NCBI GenBank assembly: GCA_000697335.1
Contig: JNEM01011858.1
Location: forward strand, 1-35,388
Length of the DNA: 35,388 nucleotides
Direction of reading: 5' to 3'
From: Conidiobolus incongruus B7586
Taxonomy: Eukaryota
The notes below the pieces were generated by a model, which worked only from the letters and a program-made list of their open reading frames with translations, was not told the DNA's origin and searched no databases. This document shows positions 1-11,606 of the stretch, in pieces. The translations under genes were made by a program, and so were the position numbers. Numbering within the stretch: position 1 is the first letter of the stretch; every line of letters begins with the position of its first letter.

Positions 1-710
1 TAAAATTTTAAAATTATTTTTTAATATAATATGAAATATTAATTAATATATTTATTATTATATAATATTAAAATTGATCTTAATTTTTTAAATGGATATT
101 TTCAATTAAAATTAATATATTTTATTAAATCTGTTATTTAAATTATATACTAGCTTGCAAAAATAAGTCATAAAATCAAAATTACTTATATATTTACTTA
201 TATCTTAAGTAATTCTTAATTAAATGAATTTAAATTATAATATATAATTTACTTATATTAGTTGATTATAACTAACTATATTTGATTATATTTCATTAAC
301 TATTGGTTAATATATTAAAATTTAAAATTTAACCAAGATGAGTTATAAATTTGTAAGTTTATAAGTTAAAAGGATATAAATAACAAAACTTAAATATATC
401 TTTTTTTTGTTATATTATATATATTATAAAACTTTTAAGCTAATAACTTAAAATTAATATTAAAATGTTTAAATCTCTCTTTAAAAAAGTTTACTTATAA
501 ATTAATCAATTTTATAATAAAAATAAATTAACTTATAAGATTACTAGAATGATTAATATAAGTTAACCTATTATAACTATGGTTATTAAGAATAATGTTA
601 AAAAAACACTTAAATTAAAACTTAAATATATTAAAATTATAAATAAACATAATAAAAAGTATATTTATAGATTAGTCAATATAAATAAGTATAATATTAC
701 TATAGAAATA

Positions 711-2171
711 TACTAACCTGTAAAAATGAGTTATAAAATCAAATATATATATATATTTTAATTAATAACTAAAACAATTGTATATATTAGATTACTTGAA
801 ACTATAATATATAATTAAGGTATATTATTTAATAATAAATAAATATATTTAGTAAACTATTAGCAAAAATATTAATCTTTAATATTTAACTAAAGTGAGT
901 TATAAATTTGTGGGTTTTTGAGATAAAAGGATAGATTTAACAATATATAACTATATCTTTTTTCTCTCTTTGCTATTATTTTATATAATATTTTATAAAT
1001 ATACTAAATTTTTTTATTAATATCATTATACTTAAATCCCTCTTTAAAAAAATCTATTTGTGTATTAATCAACTTTATAAAAAAAGTAAATCAACTTGTG
1101 ATATTGTTAGAATTACTAGTGTTAGCTAGTTTATTATAGCTAAGGTTATTAAGAATAGCAATAAAAAAACATTTAAACCTAAACTTAAATATGTTAAGAT
1201 TATAGATAAATATAATAAGAAGTATATTTATAAGTTGGTTAATATAAGCAAATATAGTATTATTGTAAAAATATAACAAGAATTGTAAAACTATATAAGA
1301 ATATTAATTAGCATTAATATTATTATATATGTTTTATATTAACATAGATACTACTTACACTTTAAGAAAAAACATCTTTAACTAAAGAAATCCTATTGTA
1401 AAGTTAAGTAAGAGTTTAAATATTGTTATTAATATTAAACTAAAATTAATTAGAGTAATTTTACCTAGAAGTACAATAGTAGGTTAATTATTATTTAGGG
1501 ATTTATGTTGTTTTTAGGTGTAGGGTATTTTTATAAAGTTAATAGGGGAATTAATACTATAATATACTAAAGCATTTTAAACAATGAATTGAAAAAAACT
1601 ATTGAATAATATAGGTTAAACAAATCTGATGTTATTTTCTAGTAAGATAATACTTTTTGTTATACTACAGCTTTTACTACCAAATAGCTTAAAAATAACA
1701 AAATAACAATTATAAAATAGCTTCTTTAATTTCCTAACTTTAATCTAATTAAATACCTTTGGGATTAGTTAAAAAAAGCTATTAAAGTTTTCCCCCTAAT
1801 AAAAGATTTAAATTAACTTTAAAAATATATTTAAGAAGTATAGAACAAAATTAACCTTTTTTAATATAAGAAGTTAATAAATTCTATACCCTATAAACTT
1901 AAACAAGTTAGAAAAGCTAAAGTTAGATATACTAGGTTTTAATTTTTTTTATCACCAAAAACCTACAAATTTATAACTTACCTTAAGTAAAATTAAAAAG
2001 TTTATATTTTAACCAATTACTAGCTAAATATCATCATTTATTGATATATATAATTAATAAATATAATAGATTTTAATTATTTAACTTAAGTTTATTTTAT
2101 TAAATATTAATTAAGTTATTAGTAAAAATATAAGTGTTTTAGATTTTATAACTTATTTTTGCAAGTTAGTA
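711..2171 (+). mobile_element. Tc1-like DD34E transposon copy B, inserted in copy A
   Basis: TIRs TACTAACCTGTAAAAATGAGTTATAAAATC and GATTTTATAACTTATTTTTGCAAGTTAGTA, with TA at 709-710 and 2172-2173. Frame 1631-1762 reads VIF**DNTFCYT...*LL*FPNFNLIKYLW, which reverts to FQQDN..CH...WPPQSPDFNPIEHLW by C>T/G>A changes. There are 34 codons between D (1646) and the E position (1751). Confidence 0.9.
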
Positions 2172-2980
2172 TATAATTAAAATTACAAGATTATATAAGA
2201 ATATTAGTTAGTATTAATATTATTATATATATTTTATATTAGAATAGATACTACTTATATTTTAAAAAAATACACCTTAAATTAAAAAAATCCTATTATA
2301 GAGTTAGATAAGAGTTTAAATATTAATATTAAAGTTGAATTAAAATTAACTAGAGTAAAGTTATTTAATTTAATAAAATAAAGATATATTTTAATAGATT
2401 TAATAAAAAAGTTAAATATTTCAAAAAAGATAAAAAATCATTTTATAACTATTATATTATTATAATTTAAAAATATAATGATAGGTTAATTATAATTTAA
2501 GGATATATATTATCTTTAAGTATAAGGTATTTTTATAAAATTGATAAAAGATTTAATATTAAGTGATATTAAAATATTATATTAATAAATTAAAAAAAAA
2601 TATTGAGTGATAAAAGTTAAATAAATTAAATATTATTTTTCAACAAGATAATACCTCTTGTTATATTACAAATTTTACTATTAAATAGCTAAAAAATAAC
2701 AAAATAATTATTATAAAGTAGTTTCTTTAATCTTTTAATTTTAACCTAATTAAATATTTTAAAAAATCAATTAAAATAATTAATTAAAACTTCCCAACAA
2801 AAAAAATTAATTTAATTTTAATAATTATTTTAAAAAACTTAAAATAATATTAATTTTACTTAATTTGAGAAGCTAGTTAACTTTATAACTTATAAACTTA
2901 AAAAAGTTAAAAAAGCAAAAAATAGATATATTAAATATTAATTTTTTTATCAATATTAAAACCTATAAATTTATAACTTA

Positions 2981-3380
2981 TGTAAGCATAGTGGTAGTTA
3001 AACTAGTATAGTACAGAGGAAGACTTAATATAAAAGTAGTGTGGTGTAGAACATAGTAATATAATGTAGCTGTAGTGTGCAAGTGTAAACAAAGTTTAAT
3101 TAAGCTTTGAACTAGGATGAGTCACTGATATATTAAGATTTATATTAGGTAGTGCCAATATCCTATAATATTAACAGAATATAGTCTCAATCTTAAAAAT
3201 AGTGTAAAGGTAAAAATAGTAAGAATTAAGAGGAAAAAAAGAGGAACCTAGTTTATTAGATAATTTAATACTATTTATACAATTAATTTAACTACATAAG
3301 TATAAATTAATCATATAATTTATAGTTAATTGGATTATATAAAAGTATATATAAGAATTTAAAGAACTAGTTTCTTAATA
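2981..3380 (-). repeat. 3' LTR of the Gypsy element
   Basis: Direct repeat of 8406-8804 with ~20 substitutions and one 1-bp indel. It is adjacent to the PPT. Confidence 0.95.
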
Positions 3381-3388
3381 CTCCCCTA
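3381..3388 (-). other. Polypurine tract (plus-strand primer)
   Basis: The minus strand reads TAGGGGAG immediately before the 3' LTR. Confidence 0.7.
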
Positions 3389-3419
3389 GTAGGTTTCTTA
3401 AAGGAGATACACTCCCTAA

Positions 3420-6400
3420 TTTTTTACAAATAGGTATAGTAGGCTAAAGTATTCTTAATATTTTCTAGAGGTTCTTATATAGCTTCTTTAATAGGATAAC
3501 CCATCTATTTTACATAAAAATAAAGCTTATTCCTAATAGATTTAGACTTAATTATATAATCAATATAGTATTCTTCTTCTCTATCTTGATTAATAATTGG
3601 ATCTAGTTTTGGGGTTTTTAATCAATTAGGAAAAGTGTCAAAATCTTCAAAGTATAGTTTAATTTTAGATATGTGAAAGGTAAAGTTGATCCTCAAAGTT
3701 AGAGGTAATTCCAAGGTAATATTTTCAAAATTTGAATCAATAGATTAAATTTTATAGGGACCATAATATAATAGTAAGTATTTGGGATTTAAGCCAGATT
3801 TAAATAAGGTAGGTTTAAAGGCAAATTGTTCTAAGTATACAAACATATTAGTTTCATATTTAAGAGGGTTTCTGGATAACTTTGAGTATTGTTGTTCTAT
3901 AATCCTTTAATTTTCTTCTAAGTTAAATTTAACAAGAGAATTGATATGTTTGATATTAGATTGAAATTCAACAATGTTTAAAGGTAAGTTGATTTGAAGT
4001 TTTAGAGTAATTATTGAATTAGGATGTTTGTTATAATTGATGAAATAAGGGTTAAAACCTGTTGATTTATTAATAAAGGTGTTAAATGAATATTGGAGTT
4101 GGTAGATATAAGCATCCCAATTTAACTGATTAGTGTTAATATAAGCTCTAATTATTTGCTTCAGGGTTTTAATAGTTCTTTCAGCAAGTTTATTGGTTTG
4201 GTGATGATTAGTAGTAGACATAGCTAGGTTAATCTTAAGGGAAAAGGATAGTGACTTCTAGAATTAAGAGTTGAATTATGTGTCTCTATCAGATACAATA
4301 GTTTGTGGAATTCTATGGTAGGTAAAGATATTAGAGAATAACAATTGTGCAACATCTTTAGCTGTAGAAGTTTTGAAACAAGGAATAAAATAAACATATT
4401 TGGAAAATAAATCAATTGCAATCAATAAGTTATCATAACCATTTGTTGATTTAGGGATTTCTATGAAATCAAGCTGGATTTGTTGTTAAGTTTTATTAGG
4501 GACTTATAGGGGAATAAGTTTACCATATTTTAGTTGAGTATTATATTTAGTTCTTTAGCATATATCACAGGTATTAGTGTATTTCTGAACTGATTTAACT
4601 AGGGAAAGCTAGTAGTACCTTGTTTTAATTCTCTCAGCAGTTTTTAACTAGTTTTGATGTCTTCTAACAAGTAAGTTATGGCATTCATCAAATATTGTTT
4701 GTTAGATCTTGGGAATGTTAGGAATATATAGACAATTATTATAGTATAGTAAGTTATTGATAATTTTAAATCTTTTGACATATTTTAGTTGGTTTTCTAA
4801 TGGTTTAGAGAGTTCTTCTTTAACTGAAATAAAGAAATCATCATTTAGCAATGTTTCTTGAAGTAGTTTAATAAATTCTTTATTTCCTTCATTAATAATC
4901 ATTGAGTTAATATTTGCTGGATTTTTACAATTAGAACAAAGGGGTAGGTATGTAAGATTTCTTAACAAAGTATCTACAACATAGTTTTATTAACCTAAGA
5001 GATATTGAATAAAGAAAAGGTAAGCTTAGATAGTTTCAATCTATCTAACTTATTTTCTTGATAAATGCTTCTGAGTATTTAAGTAGATAAGTGATTTATA
5101 ATCTATAAGTGTTAAGAAAAGGTTGCAAGATAAAAAATGTGAGTTATTTTTGATTATTTCTATTAAAGCAGAGAGTTTTTATTTATAGACTAGGTATTTT
5201 AATTCAGCTGGTTTTATTTTTCTTAACCAGAATGTTATTAGTTTTAAGATAACATTTGTAGGGTTAAATTTAACTTGTTCTCCCTTATTTATTATTTTAT
5301 CTTATAGTTATAGGGTAAAATATGAATTAAATTTAAACTAGGCTAATTATCCACCAATTACAAAAGAACTAGAGTCAGTAAAAATAATAGTAGGTAGTTT
5401 TAGATTAAAGATAGATAAAGCAAAAGTATTGGTAATATAGAAAATTAAAGCATTTATACAGAAAGTGTGTAGTAGGGTTTATTTAAAAAGAGAGTCTTTC
5501 TTTAAGAGATTAGTAAGAGGAGTAGTAAGTTCAACAAAAGAATCAATGAAATCTTTAAAGTAATTTAATAATCCAAGTACAAACATAAGTTGATTTTTGT
5601 TTATAGGTATAGTAAAAGCTTTAACACCATTGAGTTTAGTTAGATCAATACTAATTCTTTAAGAGGAAATAATATAACCACAGAAAGAGATAGAAGAGGC
5701 ACCAAAGATATATTTTGATAGTTTCAAAAGTAATTTATGTTCTTGAATAATTTGTAAAACCTGATTAACATATTAAATATATTCTTCTTTAATTTTTGAA
5801 TAGATCAGGATATCATCAAGGTAGGTGATAACAAAGTTATTAAAGACAGGGTTAAAAAGGGAATTGATGAATCAAGTAAAAGTTACAAGAGCATTACACA
5901 ATCTAAAGTTTATAACAATAAATTTATAGTAACTTAAAAGAGTGTTGAAAACAGTTAAAGGGATAGAGTTTTCTTCAACTTTAATGTTGTAATATCTATT
6001 CTTAACATCTAGTTTAATAAATATAGTTGATCTAAGTAGTCTATCCCTAACATTATGTAGGTTTAATAATGGGGTTTTATCCTTAATAGTTTTAGAGTTT
6101 AAAACATAGTTATCAATATATAATCTTTAACCACCATTAGCCTTTTGTATAAAGAGGATTAGAAATCCCTATAGTGAGGAAAAAAGTCTAATATACCCAT
6201 TTTCAAGTAGTTTTTAGATTTCTTCTTTCAAGGTTTAGTATTATTCAGGAGATAAATGGTAAGTAAACTTTAAGTATAGTTGTGTACCAGGGATTAGTTT
6301 AATTTTATGTTTAATATTATGTTTAGGTGGTAATTTATTCACAGGTTCAAAAACATTAGCAAATTAACTTACTGTATTGTATAGGAAGTGGTTATTAGAT

Positions 6401-8280
6401 ATAACTTCATTAAAATCAACAGATAAAGTGTTGATAGATGAATAATAAATAAATATATATCCCCATAAATTATTTAGGTTTTTGATTAGCTTTTTACATT
6501 GATTTTTATTTATAATGATAGAATTATTTGTTACAATTATAGAGTTAGTGTTAGGTAAAGTATTTAATAGTTTTATAGTAGTGTAATGTAGATTTTTTAA
6601 GATTAATTCCACTAATTTTTTTTGGAATGTGAAAAAAATAGATTTGTAGCTTTCTGGGGTAATATCCATAGATATAAAACTGTGATATTCAAACTAATTT
6701 TAACCTAGTATAAAATTGTAACTAATGTTGCTAACTAGGAATTTAATATATTAAGAGTAGTTAGGAGGTAGTAATAGGTATCTAAATATAATACTAGATG
6801 CCTATTCTATTAAGTTGTTAGTATATTTAATTATCAAGTTATTTTTTTAGGTAGGTAAAGATAGCTTTACAACAATAAAAGAAGAGATAATATAACTAAA
6901 GCAACTAGAGTTAATTAGAACACTAACAAGTATATCTATAAAAGAACTAGTTAACACAAACAATAGGGTGATAGTTAAAGGTAAAGAATCACAAGGTAGA
7001 TTAATTACTAGAATATTTCTAGTTTCTAATGGTTTAATCAGTTGGATTTCTCTAGTATACATAGTTTGATTTGTGGAATCATTGGTTTATTAGAACTTTT
7101 GTGGATTAGATTAGAATCTACTAACTAATTGTGAAAGGGGTGATTCTAAGGTTATATTAATATTATTCAGGTTTGATTTGTGGAATCATTGGTTTATTAG
7201 AACTTTTGTGGATTAGATTAGAATCTACTAACTAATTGTGAAAGGGGTGATTCTAAGGTTATATTAATATTATTCAGGTTTGATTTATGGTTGGTAGGTT
7301 AAGATTGTTGAGAATTAAACAGATGTTGCTTCCTTAAAGGGTATTTGTTAACTCTATAGTTAACTTAAGTCTTTCAACAGTAATAACAACCTTTGTTTAC
7401 TCTCAAGTAAGCTTTAGCTTCTTTACTAAAGGTTTTCTTATAAAGCCCTAAAACAGAAACATCTATTATTTGAGACTTAAGTGGGTTAAAGTAAGGTTTA
7501 AAAGATTAATTTTTAGGGTGGGAAGATTTAGTTATAGAGTAAAGGATATTGTTAATTATAATTGCTACATCACAAATGTTAGAAAAAAACATATTATCAA
7601 AGTGTTCCCTACTAACTAATTAGAGCTTCACTTGAGGGTTAAAGCATTGTAATAGTTTGTGGATTTATTTTTCTTCAGTGATATTTAATATGTTTAAGTA
7701 TATCTCATTAAATTTCTCAATTAATTGTCTTGTAGAAGTTTTTTGTTTAAGCTGGGAAAGCTTTTCTCTTGTTAATTAAACTTAATTTTTTAGGTAATAC
7801 CTCTCTTTAAGGGCTTTTTCTAATTGTTTAAAAGTTTGTATCTTTGTAGTAGGTTATCCTCCTGAAGATTCTTTAGGATTAAGCTTGTAATGAGTTAACT
7901 ACTAAGTATAAACAGATTTTTCTAAAAAAAAAGTGGCTAATTTAAGGATATTCTTTAGATCTTCATCAAGAATCAAATTAAAGTAATTCTTTATGTTTTT
8001 AAGGTAGTTTTCAAGCTTGTAAAGGTTTTTTAAGCTATCATAAGTAGTTAGTTTGTTTTTAAAGATACTAAAGAGGTGGTTTAATACATTAATTATAGTG
8101 AAGTAGCTGGTTTGTTAGATTTAAGCTCTTTGAGACATGTTTTTTTCAATCAAAAGTTGTCTAATATAAGCTTTTTAGAGGGCAGTAAACTCTTAGGGAC
8201 TAAAGTTTTAGATTTGCTCAGTAATTAAGCTGCTATCATTATTAAAATAATATAAGGGTATCTCTTTTTTTAGTGGTATT
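3420..8280 (-). pseudogene. gag-pol pseudogene with many stop codons (ends approximate)
   Basis: Gag-like LKQKTSTRQLIEKF (~7710-7750). Protease-like VSVLINSSC (~6900-6930). RT motifs VINFRLCNALVT (cf. MPFGLCNAPAT) and TYLDDI (5809-5826). Integrase CxxC (~4560), HHQTNKLAERTIKTLKQ (~4160-4210) and GPY (~3755). Chromodomain EEYYIDYII...YFYVK*MGY...I*EPLENI (3451-3576). The short ORFs at 3907-7062 lie inside this reading unit, some as true fragments and some off-frame. Confidence 0.92.
7064..7286. repeat. Perfect 107-bp tandem duplication inside the Gypsy gag/PR linker
   Basis: The unit starting GTTTGATTTGTGGAATCATTGG occurs at 7064 and 7171, with a partial third start at 7278. No mismatches were seen. 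Confidence 0.92.
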
Positions 8281-8395
8281 ATAGTATATAGTGTTAAATT
8301 TAAATGAAATAAATTATAGATAAAATTTAAAATAGCAATAATTAGGTTTAATACAGATAGTTATTAATATCTAGTAGGTTTTTAATAGTTTTGTT

Positions 8396-8405
8396 GCTGC
8401 TACTA
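8396..8405 (-). other. Primer-binding site, probably for tRNA-iMet
   Basis: The minus strand reads TAGTAGCAGC directly after the 5' LTR. This is one G>A from TGGTAGCAGC, which is complementary to the ...GCTACCA 3' end typical of initiator tRNA-Met. Confidence 0.65.
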
Positions 8406-8804
8406 TATAAATATAGTGGTAGTTAAACTAGTATAGTGTAGAGGAAAACTTAATATAAAAGTAGTGTGATGTAGAATGTGGTAATATAATGTGGCTATAG
8501 TGTGCAAGTGTAAACAAAGTTTAATTAAGCTTTGAACTAGGATGAGTCACTGATATATTAAGATTTATATTAGGTAGTGCCAATATCCTATAATATTAAC
8601 AGAATATAGTCTCAATCTTAGAAATAGTATAAAGGTAAAAATGGTAAGAATTGAGAGGAAAAAAGAGGAACCTAGTTTATTAGATAATTTAATACTATTT
8701 ATACAATTAATTTAACTACATAAGTATAAATTAATCATATAATTTATAGTTAATTGGATTATATAAAAGTGTATATAAGAATTTAGAGAACTAGTCTCTT
8801 AACA
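8406..8804 (-). repeat. 5' LTR of the Gypsy element
   Basis: Direct repeat of 2981-3380. It ends ...CTTAACA and is followed by the TSD ACTTA. Confidence 0.95.
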
Positions 8805-9044
8805 ACTTATCTTAAATATACTTTTAGCTTAATATATCAATTAATAATTAATTTAATTTAAGTTTATATATTATATTATAAATAAATAATATATATTAAT
8901 TATATAGTTTAATATAAGTTTATTTAAATTAAAATTGATTAAGATATTAATAGAAATATTTATATTTTTAATTTTATAACTCACTTTTATAAGCTAGTAT
9001 ATATACAAAACTTATAAGAAAATATATAGTTTTTAAATATATAT

Positions 9045-10227
9045 ATATATTAATTATTTTGATTAGATATATAATTTTTTAAAATTAGTTATTTAATTTA
9101 ATTATATTTAAATTAAGTAATAACCATCAAAAGTTTTTATTTTAATATTAATAAAATTAAACTATAAATTTTTTAAAATTATTTAAAATTTACAAGCAAC
9201 TTTCAATAAAAAATTATAATTTAAACCAATAATTTATTATTAGATAAATAATATTAAAGTTAAAAGAAAAATTATCTAAAACTTATTAAAATTTCAAAAA
9301 CTAATTTTAATTATTATTCTTTTAGTTATTAATAAAATAAAAAAATATATTAAAAAATATCTATTTATTTTAGTTAAAGAATTATCAAGATAATTTAATA
9401 TTAGTCACTTAAGTATTTTATATATATTAAAATTTAAATTAAAATTAATTAATAAAAATATAAAATAGGTAATTTATAATTTAACTAAAGTTTAAAAAAA
9501 GCTAAAATAGTAGTTATTAAATAAAACTTACTAAGATATAATTAAAAACCTAGTTTTTTATAGTAAATTATTATAATTAATGAATTTTAAATTTTTTTAT
9601 ATAATCTTTTATTAAAATATAAATCAAGATGTTAAATTAAATTAAATCAATCTTTTTTATAAATTTTTTAAAATAAATATTATATTAATAAGCAAATGTT
9701 AATTATTATAATAAATTAAAATAATATATGCTATATTTATTTAATTTTTAAAAGAAAATTAATTAATAGTAAACTTTATATTGTTTTTTTTAAATATTAT
9801 TATTTTTAATTAATATTTTTAATATAATTTAAAAAAACCTATTATTTTATAAGATATTTGTAAAATATATAAAGTTATAAGAAACTTTCTAATTAAAAAT
9901 AACTAGAAAAAACTACCACATCTAATATATTCTTTAGACTATAACTTATATGATTATAATTATTTTAAGCAATTAAAACACTAGCATATAAAAAAGAAAA
10001 TTTTTGCAAAAAAATTTAAATAATTTATAAAATATTAAATTTTAGTTTTTAATAAAAAGAACTGTTTTTTAAGTGTTAGAACTTTTCTAAAAGTATAGCA
10101 AGAAGTTATTAGAAATAAAAGAAACTATTGATTTTATATTATATATCTATTTTTTTCATTTATATATTAAAATGTTTATTTTTTTTCAATCACAAAAAAT
10201 TCCCATTATTTAAATTACAAAGTAATA
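9045..10227 (+). mobile_element. Mariner-family transposon relic M1 (ends approximate)
   Basis: Degenerate motifs K*VIYNLT (cf. WVPHEL, ~9462-9486), IINEF*I (cf. TGDEKW, ~9573-9593) and LPHLIYSLDYNLYDY (cf. HPPYSPDLAPSDY, ~9913-9957). It is collinear with 13979-15073. Confidence 0.75.
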
Positions 10228-10949
10228 ACAAAGATTGAGTTTGAGAATAAATAAGTATTTTTTCTTAATTTTAATAGAATTGGCAATTTATAGAATGTAA
10301 TACCATATAATTTATCGACAATAAATTTAAGAGGTAAATATTGTTTGATACAAATTATTTATTTAATTTGAAAATATATAATATAAATATATAATAAAAT
10401 ATTTTAATATTATCTAATCTATCATATTTAAGTTACATTATTTTACAAGTTACCATCAATGATATATAGATTAATAAATCTTAATTAATAGGTAACTTAT
10501 ATTAAAGCTTTTTTACACTTTTTATATTTTATTTGTTGATAAAACAAAATATTAAAAAATTCCAAGCCATATGAGTTATCAATGTTGTAATATCTAAATT
10601 GACTATATTATCATATTAGGAAATTGAAAAAGAATAATTATTATATAAAAAATTAAAACACCATGATGAATGGTGAAAATAAAATTTATCAATTATATTT
10701 TTAGAATATTGATTTTAATAGCAAAAATATACATATATAATTATTCTATTTACACTATATAAAATTCTAAATAATTTATTTCTTTAATTAGCCAAGATAA
10801 ATAAAGAAAATTGAATACAATGGAATCTTCGAAAATTCTATTTGGAGAAATTGTCCCATAATATAATTAAACAATATTCAATTTAAATTCGGTTTGATGT
10901 TGAGTTGAAGTTGGTAAGCCTCTAATTCATAATAAAATTATCATTTAAA

Positions 10950-11606
10950 ATGAGTGAGAGTTCAACAACTAGCTCCCAATCTTCACTCAGTGGTGAATAT
11001 GGGTTAACTACTACAGATATTCGTGTATCACCTACCAATTCTATTGTCATTACCAATTTACCAAATGATATATTTGATTCAGAAGAAAAGTTAATTGAAT
11101 TAAAAAATTTAATATCTCAGGTTGGTAATATTTTACACTTTACGATACTAAAATCTTTTAAAAGGATACTGGTAATATTTGACAATTTTAACAGCGCATA
11201 CCTAGCTAAAGCGAATTGGCATGGTGTATTGTTTCAAGATTTTCAATTGAATATTTTCCTTCTGGACTTTATACCTCCAAATGATTTATTTGAGCAACAA
11301 TCTTTATTACAAGTCCAACAGTACGAACAACTCTTTTGGCTGAGTCCACCACCTTCTCCACCTCCTGACTGGGAACCACAGATGGAGGATGGTCCAAATA
11401 CCAAAACTCTAGCAAATGATTTAATGGCTGCACTCACTAAGCTGCAACTTGAAGAGAGCTGTGACAGTCCTATTACTGAATTTCGCTTTGAAGATAGCAG
11501 TCTCCCGACTATTATTGTGGAAGACATCGATCCAGAAAATTCTTTATCTGAGAAGGCTAAACCTCCAAAAACCAGTCTACCACCCCTTATGTCTATGTCC
11601 TCATAA
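10950..11606 (+). CDS. RCN1: Calcipressin / regulator of calcineurin (RCAN family, Rcn1-like)
   Basis: 218-aa ORF with an N-terminal RRM-like region (LKSFKRILVIF), the SP motif LFWLSPPPSPP, a PxIxIT-like LPTIIVED and a C-terminal KTSLPP (TxxP). Confidence 0.93.
   Translation: MSESSTTSSQSSLSGEYGLTTTDIRVSPTNSIVITNLPNDIFDSEEKLIELKNLISQVGNILHFTILKSFKRILVIFDNFNSAYLAKANWHGVLFQDFQLNIFLLDFIPPNDLFEQQSLLQVQQYEQLFWLSPPPSPPPDWEPQMEDGPNTKTLANDLMAALTKLQLEESCDSPITEFRFEDSSLPTIIVEDIDPENSLSEKAKPPKTSLPPLMSMSS

Larger units (their letters stand above)
2981..8804 (-). mobile_element. Full-length degenerate Ty3/Gypsy LTR retrotransposon (chromovirus)
   Basis: Two ~400-bp LTRs, TG...CA outer termini, a 5-bp TSD ACTTA (2976-2980 and 8805-8809), a PBS and a PPT. 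Domain order on the minus strand is gag-PR-RT-RH-IN-chromodomain. Confidence 0.96.
148..8999 (+). mobile_element. Tc1-like DNA transposon copy A (degenerate), host of two nested insertions
   Basis: Terminal inverted repeats TACTAGCTTGCAAAAATAAGTCATAAAAT (148-) and ATTTTATAACTCACTTTTATAAGCTAGTA (-8999) are flanked by TA. A transposase remnant IIFQQDN lies at ~2632-2652. Without the inserts the element is ~1.56 kb and collinear with copy B. Confidence 0.85.

Noticed and set aside
1091..1279. 62-aa minus-strand ORF
   Set aside because: Antisense to the degenerate Tc1 transposase, with low-complexity AT-driven composition.
11243..11527. 94-aa antisense ORF
   Set aside because: Shadow of the RCAN CDS, with no independent coding signal.
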